From: Octopus bimaculoides
Taxonomy: Eukaryota
Assembly (NCBI RefSeq): GCF_001194135.2
Contig: NC_068982.1
Location: 123,220,977-123,284,976 of the forward strand
Length of the DNA stretch: 64,000 nt
Direction of reading: 5' to 3'
Shown here: one piece after another, positions 1 to 12,700 of the stretch
How the letters are laid out: each line of letters opens with the position of its first letter
How positions within the stretch are numbered: the first letter of the stretch is position 1
Translations under genes and position numbers: made by a program
Notes under the pieces: generated by a model
Told to the model about the DNA's origin: nothing
The model's database searches: none
The model's input: the letters and a program-made list of their open reading frames with translations, nothing else

Positions 1-2489
1 TCCCTTCGGTGAGAATATAGAAATAGGAAGTCACCAACTACACAAGTTTCTGATCAATTTACTGTCTCTCAAAAAATGCAGTCTCTCTCTTTTAACACCA
101 AATGTAGCCTATTTTATAGTACAAAAAAATAAAATGACAAATAGTAGAAAATAAGATAAGTTTATCATAACATTGATGAGATAATACATGTTCATGTATT
201 TTAGAGTGACTATTATGAAATACTGGGTGCACAATTGCTGACAATGATTCCAATTAGAATTGAAACCTGTACATTCCCTCTTTTTCTGCTCTTAAACATA
301 TTGTATAAATGTATTGTTTATATTTGTTGTAACACATAGGAATGGGTTGTTTCATTAGAGGAAAGTTTTTAAAGCTTTTGTCATTCTGTTAACATGTGAG
401 AATTTGGTATTATTCTTATACATCTGTACAGGTTTTTCCATATACAACTTTCATGTCCAGAAAGGTGTTAATTAGTTCTTTTTGACACTATATGTTTGGT
501 ACTAAAGAGTGATTTTTATGGCGGGAAAAAAAAGTAACCAGTCCTCCAACATTTCCAACCCAATGCAAGACTATATTTTCTGCTTTTTAATCTTGTCTGG
601 TTGTTCTGGATCTTCTGCTTAAGGAAGCCATTGATGCATATATGATCCAATATTTCAAATTATTCCTAGTCTGCCTCGGTTTGAATGAATTGGGATCTTT
701 ATCAACTCATAGAAGAATACTACTACTTATGAAAACTCATGCTGTTCTTGGTTTAACATAGAGCACAGTTTTGTAGTGAAACATATGTTGACAGATCCCC
801 AACATGCATTGGAGAAATACAATCTTCATGATGGTTTTGCAAACTTCAAAGCCAACTCTATTTTCATCTTATACTGACAAAATGGATTACTTTAAAATAT
901 GGATGTGGCTTTCTCAGTGCAACCATTGCCAATAGTTTTACTATTGATCTCTATTGATTTGTGATTTGTGAAGCAACTTGTTGCTGTTATCTATAGACAC
1001 CAGATGTTCCAATTGGCAAAAAAAGTTTTAAAAATAAATAAATAAATAAAATAAAAAATAATGATAACAAAGACTTCCATGTTGGCTTGAAGTCAAGCAG
1101 TAAATTCCTTAGACTAGTGATACAACAACCAAATCATTCTTCAAAGAAATTCCAAGGGCTGTGTAGTGCACTTTATGAATTGTCAGGGCTTCAAAATTAA
1201 ATTGGACAATGAATCAGTACCAAAAAAGAAAAAAAAATCATCTGACAGCTCTGTAGTAAAGTACTTTTTCAGACTGTATAAACTTATAATTCTGTCTGTG
1301 TAGTCTAATTATTTTAAATCAAAAAAGTAATTTGCTAACATATTGGAGCAGATGGTAAGCATCTAATTTATGTTTACAATGTTAAGTTTGTGAGTCACCA
1401 TATAAACTCTCAATTCTAAAGATATTTATACATAACACTGTCTTAATAATAGAACACAGAACAAATGATGAGCTTTTAGATTCAAGCATTGTTTTACTTC
1501 ACCCATTTGTGTATCTAAGTATATCTCTCTGTCTCACTCTCTCTCACACATGTACATGTGGTGGTATGATAAAATCCATCCTGTCCATTCTGTAAAATGA
1601 TTTGTTCTCATCCAACTGTATATGCCATAGTAAAAACAAAGGAGTAACTAGAAAGAATCAAACTGTGCCAAATTAACGACATGCACAGTAACTGAGATTG
1701 TTGGTTTTTCTTTGATGTTGGATGCCAGTTTCCAAAGAACTACTGTCAGTGGAGAGACATTATGGGACCCATCCAACTCATACCAACATGAAAAGAGACA
1801 AACTTAAACTTAAAATGGTTGATGGTGATGATGGCTATAGGTAAATAATAGTTGAATCAGATTGCAGGTTGTAATAGCTAATAACCAACACATAACATTT
1901 GAATACCTTGTAACATATTGGCAGAATTATGAACCTACTTTAGCTAACCAGCTGATAATCACCAACTAAGCCGATCAGTATGGAGGGAAATGCAGTAATT
2001 CTTCCTCTGTCCTGACCAATGAGCAAGATACCAATATGAGAAAACAAATCGGAGAGGAATGTTTGTCTGGGGAATACATTAGCTCACTTTCTTTTCCTCA
2101 GAAATTGGTATTATGAGTCAATGGATTCAAACAACAATTTATTTTAGAGATTTGCTGATCAGAAATTCCTACCAAGTGTTCTTGTTCCAGGGAGAGTATG
2201 ATTAGGTTATTATCCTGCTAAAAATAGCAGCTAAATTTCTTCAAATCTTTTTCATCCTCACTAATTAACATCCACTATTCATGTTTGTATGGGTCACATG
2301 GATTTCATATGGCCAGATGCTTTTCCTGACACCAACCCTAATTTGTTCTAAGCAAGCTAACATTTTAGCATAGCTAGATATGTTTCTCACAGAAAACTGG
2401 AAATGAACAACCTTGCTCATATGACCAGGATGCTCATATACAACCATTACATGTTTAGACAAGGGTATATACACACATGTATACATACA

Positions 2490-2585
2490 CAATGGGCTTC
2501 TTTCAGTTTCCATTTACCAAAATCCACTCACAAGGCTTTGGCAAGATACTGCACAGTGGGACTGAACCAAAGACCACATGCTTAA
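2490..2585 (-). mobile_element. tRNA-derived SINE fragment (family with GGATTTGGTAGATGGAAACTGAAAGAAGCC core)
   Basis: Reverse complement of the core seen at 5575-5607, 9270-9308 and 45930-45962. Confidence 0.7.
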
Positions 2586-4119
2586 TGTTTACTAGATTTA
2601 CATAAACACTGCATGTTTATGGCTAAAATACTTTTGACTATAGCTCTGCTTAATTAGGACTAAAATGAGACTAAACAGTAACTATTTGATATAGGAAGGT
2701 CTTTCCTCTTAAGTAAAAAAGACTTTATTTTCCTGCCACCTGTCGCATTTATGTTTGTTACATTTGAAAAGAATGTAGGTAGGGTTAAGCTTACGTTGTA
2801 ATCTCCATTCCTTCAACGAAATTCAAACTAGTAATAAAAGCTAAGAAATTGCTATGAAATGGAACACCCAAGTAAAGATAAATGAAATAAGGAATACAGA
2901 GAGAAAAGAAAGAAGCTATGAAAACAGTGGTCTATTGTTCATGTTCAGGTTATTTTGTAGTTGTATGAGGGTTTTATCTTTGTAGCATTGGTCGTCCCCC
3001 ATTTTGCATTTACTAAAGTCTGTTGCAGGCTGTCTAGTATTGTTTGGGACAATGTAGTCACTATCATAGTGAGTGGTGGGATCCACCTCTAATAATACTG
3101 TTTATTGTCACCATTTATCTTTTTTTTTTGTTTCTTATTCTTTTTCTCTCACTTCCTATTTGTTCTCTACTTTCATTTGTTTATCCCCCACATATTAAGG
3201 CTAAACTAGATGAACATCTTTTTTTTTTTTTGTTAGTTTCCCTCCTATTCTTTGTAATATTTAAATTTGAGAAAGATAATTGTACTTTTCTTTGTGGAGT
3301 CATTTTCTTTTTATGGAAATAATTATTAGTACTATTTGAGGCTTGTTAATATTATTTCTTATAAAAGAAACATGAACACTCATTTCTCTGTGTACATGCC
3401 TGCAAATATACTCACATATGTACACAACTACCCAGTTGATGAAAGAGCCTTGTTTCTGGGATAGAAATTGTTTCTGCATTGGTGAGAAATTTGTTAAATA
3501 AAACCAGAATGTAATCACGCACACATTGTTAGATACATACATGCACACATACATAGATATCTACATATACATTTGTATATATTTGTGCATACAGCTATTG
3601 ATTTCTGTGGAAAGTTCATAAGACATGACAATCATCATGTTTACATAGCAAAAGAAGTGAAGTTATTTTGGTTATTTTTGATATGAACTTATGTCTGGAC
3701 ACAAATTAAACAAATACTTAACATAGTACAGAGGATGTTTTGTTACTTGTAGCCAAATTCTGACATCAAATGATGCAATTTTTAACTAGGCATTGTGTTT
3801 CTTTATTATTTGTTGATTAAGAAGACATACTATTGATAACTTCTGTCATTTAATATCATCACAACACAAGAAGCATTGTATATTGATGCTAAGTAATAGA
3901 TCTTGCATCAGTTTAGGCATTGGAATTTATTACGAGCAGCGCAATGTTTTCATGTGAAGCATTCAATTTGTATTAAGAGACAATAACTTAACACAGTGCC
4001 TTACTACTTATTCCCTTGCAAGTTCTTGACACTATCTTTCTTTCTGAGAGTCATTGGATGATTTTTATTTCTTTTCATTTATTGAAACATTGTTATTGTA
4101 CAACTAAAGTAATCCTATT

Positions 4120-4300
4120 GCATCCTGACTGAATGGTTAAGAAGTTTGCTTTACAGCTATGAGGTCCCAGGCTTGAACCCATCGCATTGGATCTTGGACA
4201 AATGTAATTTTCTGTAGCCTAAGGCTAGGCTGACTCATACTCTGTGAATGAAAATGGTTTACTGGAAACTGTTTAGCAATCCATTAGTTGGTTTGTACCT
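4120..4300 (+). mobile_element. Old SINE copy, same head/core family
   Basis: TGGTTAAGAAGTTTGCTT...GGCTTGAACCC...TGGAAACTG; diverged. Confidence 0.5.
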
Positions 4301-4382
4301 GTAAGTCAAAGGGTTACACAGTGTCAGGTTGTCTGAGAATTACATTAAGCATAAACATGCTTGGAATACTCAGCAACTTACA

Positions 4383-4417
<35 letters not shown>

Positions 4418-4573
4418 TCTTTGTATTTTTAGTCTAAGTTACATATTGCCAATTGAATAAATAATTTGTGTGAACTACATGAAACTGTTAGGGTTCTAGA
4501 AGTTTGTAATAAAATATACACACTCTACTTTGTGTAGAATATTCCTTCCATATGTAAACACAAATATTCACCA

Positions 4574-4605
<32 letters not shown>

Positions 4606-5109
4606 TTACAATATCTCTTATTATAGTTAGCAATTTGCTGTTTGTGCATGATCTTTTTTAAAAAACAAAGTGGTTAAATCACACTGCATTGCCAGACCTC
4701 TCCCCAACTGCCCATTTTACCAATCACTTCTCTCTTTAAGCAAACCATGCCCCTTCTCATACCAACAACCTCTCTCTTTTGGTCCTTTTCCACACCTTAC
4801 ACCTCACTCCCTACAAGTCAAATAATGTTGGGAGAGTGAGAGGGAATGTGTGTGTGTGTGTGTGAAAAAGAAGTTGATTGATGGAAACAAAAGAAGAGTG
4901 AAAGACAGAGGAGAGAAAATAACATAGATTAAATGTTTTAGCTAAGGGAGTGAAATAATGAAATAAAAAGTTTGTTGTTTGTACATTATAAATGTGCATG
5001 TGTGCACAAATACATATGTTAGTACTTTATACAGTATTTGTCTTCACACCAATGCAGATAAATAGTTGAATGCTTTTACTTTATGACAATTAGAGTGCCT
5101 ATTAATGAG

Positions 5110-5270
5110 AGGTCAGCCTTGTTGATTTCTAAGCAAAAAACAGCCAATTATATTGACCCCCAAACTTGACTGGTACTTATTTGATCAACACCCCACTAAT
5201 CCAGAAGAAAGAAAAGCAATGTTGAATTTGGCAGGACTTGAATTCTAAGGGCCATAGCAACTAATCTACC
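5110..5270 (-). mobile_element. SINE copy of the second family (TTGATAAAATAAGTACCAG domain)
   Basis: Reverse complement reads GAATTCAAGTCCTGCC..TTGATCAAATAAGTACCAGTCAAG..GGGGTCAAT, like the 60320-60450 copy. Confidence 0.55.
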
Positions 5271-5305
5271 ACCATTGTGTACTTTTGTACCAAATACATA
5301 TCATG

Positions 5306-5364
<59 letters not shown>

Positions 5365-5519
5365 ACACACACCACACACACACCACACACACACACCACA
5401 CACACACACACACTCTGAAAATTGGTCATATCAATCTTGAAGTACTGACATGGATCATGGATATACTACCTTTAATTCTTTGATATAATTGGAAAAATAT
5501 GTATAGACCAATGCTTCGT

Positions 5520-5866
5520 TCTTTAGACAAATGTTTTCTGTGACCTTGGGTCACTTAATGCCCTGTGAGTAGAATGGATTTGGTAGATGGAAATGAAAAG
5601 AAGCCTGTTATGTGTACATTTTTGTGTTACTAACTTGTTGCTTTGACATTTTGTGATATTTGTAAACACATCACTGTCATTGCAAGTGGTGTCCTTCATT
5701 TCCAACCTTCCATGAAAACATGTCAGGTTATGGGGAAATATCACCTTATTTGGAAACAGGTGCAGGTCGGTGTCTACGAGGGTATTCAATCATAGAAAAT
5801 CTACCTCAAATTCCATGTGACCTATATGGGCATAGAAAAATGGACATTCAAACAATGATGATGATA
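5520..5866 (+). mobile_element. SINE core joined to a (GAT)n-ending tail
   Basis: Core at 5565-5615; ends GAAAAATGGACATTCAAACAATGATGATGAT. Confidence 0.6.
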
Positions 5867-5868
5867 CA

Positions 5869-7066
5869 CAGGGGTTGGACAAAATAATGGAAACACCTTT
5901 AAATTTCAAACAAATTTATTTTAATATTGGGTAGGACCACCTTTGGCAGTAATTACAACTTTAATTCTACAAGGTATGGACTCGTACTCCTCGAAACAAA
6001 GGAATTTTTGTCTGTTCTTCAGCTAAAACAATCTCCAGTTCTTGTAGTGATGATGGAGGATATCGACTCCTTACTTGTTTTCTTAAAATGCACCATAAAT
6101 GTTCAATGATATTGAGATCTGGGGACTGTGGTCACCAGATAAGATGTTCAACTTCACTAGAATGTGCCATTCAGTAACAACTTTAGCTGTGTGAAGTGGT
6201 GCATTATCATCCTGAAAGATTGGGGTTCCCTCTGGAAACAGTTCTGCAACCATAGGATGAATTTGATCAGATAAAATGCTTAAATAGTTTTGACTATTAA
6301 TTCTGCTATGAAGGGAAACCGTTGAGCTAACGGATTTCCANNNNNNNNNNNNNNNNNNNNNNNNNNNNNNNNNNNNNNNNNNNNNNNNNNNNNNNNNNNN
6401 NNNNNNNNNNNNNNNNNNNNNNNNNNNNNNNNNNNNNNNNNNNNNNNNNNNNNNNNNNNNNNNNNNNNNNNNNNNNNNNNNNNNNNNNNNNNNNNNNNNN
6501 NNNNNNNNNNNNNNNNNNNNNNNNNNNNNNNNNNNNNNNNNNNNNNNNNNNNNNNNNNNNNNNNNNNNNNNNNNNNNNNNNNNNNNNNNNNNNNNNNNNN
6601 NNNNNNNNNNNNNNNNNNNNNNNNNNNNNNNNNNNNNNNNTTGGAAGCTGTACTTTTGTGATCCTTTCTAACAATTCGCGTAAGAGTCCAACGGTCCCTA
6701 TCTGAAGTTTCGGTTTTCTTCTGGAGTTTTGTTTCAACGAGGAGGATTTTCTCTCATTCTCAAAGGCTGTCATTGCTTCTTGATACACCAAACATTTCAG
6801 CTATTTTCATTGTTCTCGTGCCTGCCATATGCACACCAACAATTTGGCCTCTTTGAAAGACAGATAGATCTGTCATTTTAATGAATTTTAATTGCCGTTT
6901 TCTGATGATATCTAAAAAGAAACAGCAATTTTAGCAAAACATATTAAGCAATACTAATAATAAATAAAAAAACATAAAAATAAACAAGCTTTTGATGGTT
7001 TGATAGATATTTCAAAATTATGATGCTATGATGCTAGGTGTTTCCCATTATTTTGTCCAACCTCTG
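5869..7066 (-). mobile_element. Tc1-family DNA transposon, decayed, spanning an N gap
   Basis: About 30-bp TIRs: CAGGGGTTGGACAAAATAATGGAAACACCT (5869) and AGGTGTTTCCCATTATTTTGTCCAACCTCTG (to 7066) followed by TA. Minus-strand remnant AMTAFENERKSSSLKQNSRRKPKL resembles the N-terminal Tc1 GRKPKL region; frameshifted. Confidence 0.85.
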
Positions 7067-7078
7067 TATATATTTCGC

Positions 7079-7204
<126 letters not shown>

Positions 7205-7464
7205 TGTATTTTTATTTTGCAACTTCAAAAGATTAATGTTTCAGTATTTCTTAAATAACCCGTATTATTTTGTTGTTTGTCAGAAGAATTTAAATAATTT
7301 TACATAATCATGTATATATTGATACACAATACAACTAAGTATTCAATAATATGAATAAATTCACAGATAAAAGGGCAGATATTTAGAGCAAATTGTAATT
7401 CACAAACGGTTGCATATCATCATCATTGTATGTGACTATGTGTCTCTATTTACCTAATGTAAGA

Positions 7465-8327
7465 ATTGTTGTTGGCATCCTTTTGTCTCGGCAGATAATG
7501 GAGTTGCACATAAACTAATCCAGTCTGGTTTTTACATTTCATGTCCTCCCCAGTTTTGCATAGGCCTGGGCTAGATGTAAGAAAATCCTGGGTAGCCCAA
7601 TCGTCAGGATTCTTCTCTCGACCTTGCTTACATAGTCCAAAGGAGTACAGAGCATTATGTTTGGCACCAGCTTGGTTGCAAGAGCTACCGGAAGAGTGTT
7701 GAGTTGAACACTAAACCGCCTATGTGGCTCCACTCTGGACTTCTTTGAAGGTTGTCTCCTTTCCGTAACCCTGGATAGGGGCCCATGCCAAGCACTGTCA
7801 GCTGGAGCCAGCTGAGCCTGGGACTCGTGTCAGGCAGGGTCGTCACTCTCTTAAGTAGTGAAGAAAATTGCTACCCAGTACCTCATGTAAGAATTGCACT
7901 ATATATAATATGTTGAAATATTTATTGAACATTGGGCCTCACAGAGGCAATGACAGGAAACCAAGACCTTTGGAGATGTGTTGTGATAGAGAAGACCCGG
8001 CAACTAAAGTGAGATCGCAGCTATGGCCGATACAAGTGTTGCATGTCCGGCCCATTTAAAAGTACCCTTGATGCGTCGGGCAGTATGATATGCTTAGGAA
8101 GACCTGTTGAGTCGACCAAAATCATAGCTGAGCGGGTGACACGTAAAAGCACCCACTACACTCTCTGAGTGGTTGGCGTTAGGAAGGGCATCCAGCTGTA
8201 GAAACTCTGCCAAATCAGACTGGAGCCTGGTGTTGCCATCCGGTTTCACCAGTCCTCAGTCAAATCGTCCAACCCATGCTAGCATGGAAAGCGGACGTTA
8301 AACGATGATGATGATGATGATGATGAT
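7465..8327 (+). mobile_element. RTE-derived element: GC-richer 5' block joined to RTE ORF2 end, 3' UTR and (GAT)n tail
   Basis: 7930-8327 is clearly homologous to 27210-27750 and 29640-30180 (GGGCCTCACAGAGGCAATGAC...CCAACCCATGC.AGCATGGAAA.CGGACGTTAAACGATGATG). The identity of the 7465-7885 block is inferred. Confidence 0.7.
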
Positions 8328-8675
8328 GCCAGTGCCCCCTGACTGTCCCCCATTCCAGTGGCACGTAAAATGCATCATCCAAATGTGATCGATGCCAGTG
8401 CCCTCTGACTGGCTCCTGTGCTGGTGTCATGTAAAAAGCACCATCTGAATGTGGTTAATGTCAGGTCCGCTTGACTGGCTCCTGTGCTGGTGGCTTGTAA
8501 AAAGTATCCACTACACTCTCAGAGTGGTTGGCATTAGGAAAGGCATCCAGCTGTAGGAACATTGCCAGATTAGATTGGAGCCTGGTGCAACCGCTGGCTT
8601 TCCAGACCTCAGTCAAACCATTCAACCCATGCCAGCATGGAAAACAGATGTTAAACGATGATGATGATGATGATT
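8328..8675 (+). mobile_element. RTE 3' UTR fragment with three 66-bp units and (GAT)n tail
   Basis: Units start at 8328, 8394 and 8460, followed by the same terminal sequence as the other copies. Confidence 0.8.
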
Positions 8676-8862
8676 GTGATGAATATATAATGTACAAGCA
8701 TTATCTGATAAAGAACTAAATACCTGTGTTGAGTGGAAAGATATGCTTAGTATATCAAAGAATGACAGGCTGTTGTAGTTTCTTTGGGCAGCTATTAGCA
8801 ATCTGTTTCCATGTGAAACTCAAGTAGACTTCCTTTTTCTTTTTTTTATATATATAATAAAT

Positions 8863-8904
<42 letters not shown>

Positions 8905-8980
8905 TAGGTGCATACATGTACATTTGTATAGATTTTTCATTTGTTCATTTTACATCTGTTTCTCCATGCATGTATGTATG

Positions 8981-9014
<34 letters not shown>

Positions 9015-9144
9015 CATACATATATATGTGTGTGTGTCTACATATATTTATGTACATATATATGCATGTAAATGTGTGCATATATGAATGTATATGCATG
9101 CATGTGTGTGTGTATATATATATGCATGTGTATGTACATACATA

Positions 9145-9335
9145 CACACAAGCATAGCTGTGTGGTTGAAATGTTCACTTCCCAACACAGTTTTGGGTTC
9201 AGTCTCACTGCATCACACCTCAGGCAGGTGTCTTCTGCTATAGATTTGGGCTGGCCAAAGCCTTGTGAGTGGAGTGAATTTAGTAGATGGAAACTGAAAG
9301 AAGCCTGTCCTATATGTCTATAGGTGTGTTTGTTT
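9145..9335 (+). mobile_element. SINE head plus core
   Basis: GCTGTGTGGTT..TTCCCAACACAG..GGGTTCAGTCTCAC..AGTAGATGGAAACTGAAAGAAGCC. Confidence 0.7.
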
Positions 9336-9496
9336 ACTTTTGATCCTGTCTTATGATCAGCGATATGTCATTTCTTCTGTCAACAAGTTGTTCACCTTGT
9401 GCTTTTGAAGCTGTCTGAAGTAAGAGATCATTTATTTGAAAAGCAGATAAGAGACCCTTATTTGAAAAGTAGATAACCACTATGCCATATGCTCGT

Positions 9497-9730
9497 GGGC
9501 ATATGGCATGGTGGTTAAGGGCATGGGCTACTAACCTCAAGATTCCGAGTTCAATTCCAGGCAGTGACCTGAATAATAATAATATCAAAAAATACTTTAG
9601 GAATAAGAACCCAGGTTCGCGATTTCCTCAAAACACCTGATGAAGGCTGGAGAGTATATCGGCCGAAACATTGTGTTAACAACAAACAAGATGAGGACAA
9701 ATATCCATCAATTGTAAATAATGTAAATAA
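9497..9730 (+). mobile_element. tRNA-headed short element carrying a minimal hammerhead motif
   Basis: A box TGGCATGGTGG (9504-9514), B box GAGTTCAATTCC (9547-9558), hammerhead-like core at 9632-9677, TGTAAATAA x2 tail. Confidence 0.6.
9632..9677 (+). ncRNA. Minimal type-I hammerhead ribozyme motif (degenerate stem III)
   Basis: AACAC-CTGATGA-A-GGCTG(loop)CGGCC-GAAA-CATT-GTGTT. Stems I and II pair; the core has one extra A before stem II. Confidence 0.6.
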
Positions 9731-12700
9731 GAGTTAGTGACAAAAATAGCATCCTGTTGTAAGAAAATGTCTCAATAACATATTTGTCTAACTTATGCAA
9801 ACATGGGAAAATGGATGTAAATGTAAATGTGTCAAATATTAATATTTACAATATATGCAAATTTTAATCTGATAGAAAATATTGAATAGAAATTTAGAAT
9901 ATTTACTCTTATGTATTTAGTCAATAGTTTAGTATATCTGTAATGTAGAAACTTGCAAACAAGCTGATGTAACTAAACAAATGTTCAATCTGATATAACC
10001 TTAAATAATTTTTTCTTTGAAAGAGTAGATCAAATATGTTTTTATCAGGTTGTCAATAGCTGCTGGTTTTGTAAATCTCAAAATGAAATTCACTAACAAA
10101 ATAAAAATGAGCTGTGTACCATAAGAATTTTTATAATTTTTAGAAATTTTAATGTGAGTGAATTAGTCCATTTATGTATAATTTGAAATATTTGAAGATA
10201 TAGTCGGGGGAAATATATATGTAGGAGCTATAAGTGAGTATTGAAGACTTTTGGAGAGTTGGATTATTTTATTGTTGAATGTTGGAGTTTAGAAAAGATG
10301 TGACACATTGTGGAGCAAGAAAGTGGTGATTGGAATGCTTTTTAATAGAATTGGAATCAAATCAGCATGTTCAGAATATGAACAATTGTAGAAAGGCTAC
10401 AAAAGGTATAGAGAAAACAACTTGATAAAAGGTTAGAAGTAACTGGAGAAAGGTGGTGGTACAAACTCATTCAGTTTTTGATAACATGGATTTAAACTGG
10501 AGAAGGAAAAATATACTTTTTTTTATCATATTGCTTATTTTAAAATTCTGTTCATTTGAATTCATTCTTTCATCATGTAACATGTCAAAAACCATCCATA
10601 TAACATTGGTTTTGAAGTAATATTAGCAAATTTAGATTTATTTCAATTATAGAAAGAATGTGTTCTAATGTTCTTGAAGTGGCTAGTATTCTTGCTGAAC
10701 AACCTCATTTTTCTATGAATAATATCTGTGAATGCATTGGATTTGATATTCATTGAAACTCTGTTAGGACAGTTAAGGACATATTCATTTTTTTATATGG
10801 TTAGTTCTGTCTATAACTTTCTACAAGTATAACTTACTTAAAGTTTAATATTGACATCAAGTTTTTAAATAAAATATTTCAGCAAATTTGTTGTTGATGA
10901 AGCAAAAGCTACCATCATCTGCTCTTTCTCTTAGGCAATGCATTGTCCAATGTGCACTTCTGTTTTAAGACCGGCAAAATTTGAGGTCTGTTTTGCTGGT
11001 GTCTCTAGTTGTTTGTGAAATTATGCTGAGGCATTTTTGTTGCGTCAGGAAATTGTTTATTTTCTGATGTATCAAATCAGTTACTGCTTGCAACATGAGG
11101 GAAAATAAATAACCCAGTGGTTTAATATCTAATTGTATTTGATGGAGTATCGGGTGTAGCTAGTGCAGTTTAAAATGCTGGAAGTTAGAAGTTGGTAGAC
11201 AACAATAGAAGATAAAAACCATCAGATTTAAACTGTTAGTTCTTTTCATATTAATCACACTGAATATGAAGGTATGACCCTTCTTAAATTAAAACTTACT
11301 TATTTCTAGTAATCTGATAATTATCAAGTTAAAAAAAGAGAGATTATTTTGTCTATATGAAATACTAGTCAATTTACTAAATCCTATCAAATCTTTATTT
11401 TGAAAATTTAACTGAAACCTATGAGAAATAGGGTTAAATTAAAAAGCTTCATATATTAATTAAAATTTGTAATTTTTTGGTACTTATGAGTTTTGTCTCT
11501 TCAAATTAGGTGAAAATTGAATGTGAATTTATACTTTACAGAGCTCAATGATTGTTAGGCTTGATGTGCTGTTATCCTCTTAATGATTCCTTTTAAAGGA
11601 AGGTGAAAGAATGGTGCAACAATTATATTCTTTTCATGTAAAATGCTTCCAGCTAGGAATCAACTGGATTGTAGTTGAATGGAACCTTAATTCTACTCCA
11701 TTGTATTTGCCGCATAAAAATATACATACAAAGGTAGATGCAGAAAGATTTATTGAAATGGGTTTGTTACATTTCAGGTTAACATTTTTAAAAATTAGCT
11801 TCTCTGCTTTTCTTTTGTCTTGACCTTACAATGAATGGTTTTTCATTTGTTCAAATTGTTGTAGGTTCCCATATTATATTTAAAAAGGAAAAAAAAAAAA
11901 AACCTGAGAGCTATTACTGTTCTAGTTTTTCTCTTTTTAGCTATTTACATGTTACTTGTTAAAAATTTCACCTGAGATGTTTGTTTCTCTTTAGCAAAGT
12001 AGAAATATGAACCATTTCCTTGTTTTCATACATGAAATATCCTGCAGCTAAGAGCTTCCTGTGCTTTTGAATGGAATTTTAACTCTTATATTTTAAACCT
12101 CAGCCTCTAGTAATTCAAATTGGTCTTCATTTTTATTGTATATTTTGTATTTGTCTTTTCCTATGTATCAGTTTAGCATTTATTTTACTCTTTAGGTTCC
12201 AAGGTTCTAATTTTCAGTTAAATATCTTTGCTTTGCTGAACTTTACATATTCAAATTCAAAATTATTGATTTCTTTTGTAGCCAAATAACCAATTTTTGT
12301 AGTTTGAAGATATAGTTTATTGAATTGATCTTTGTATACTTTTGATACTTGTTTTGTTGAAAAAAGTTAATTTCAGCTTCATATTAATTACTTCTGTGCA
12401 TCTAGTTTGGTGCTTTTAAGAACTTTCATGTGTTATGTAAGCTTTTCTGCCTCCCGGCTTCAGCTAATAAAGAATAGTTAAATTTGTTAAGCTTTGATAC
12501 AGTTGCAACTGAAATGTGACTAATTATCCTACAAATACTTACCTGTATGTGATTTTGTTTTTTTTAAATGTTGTCATCTGTCATCACATGACATTTGATT
12601 GAAGAAAATTTGTTTGAACCCATGAGATTCCATGATAGTTAAATATTTATTCTGCTGAAGTTCTACTATTTACAACCAGCAATAATCTAAATTACAGCAA

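Noticed and set aside
8328-8525. Regularly spaced repeats as a CRISPR-like array
   Set aside because: Whole units are homologous with no unique spacers, and they lie inside a LINE 3' UTR in eukaryotic DNA.
9497-9570. Functional tRNA gene
   Set aside because: Acceptor and T stems do not pair properly and there is no nearby poly-T terminator; better read as a SINE-type head.
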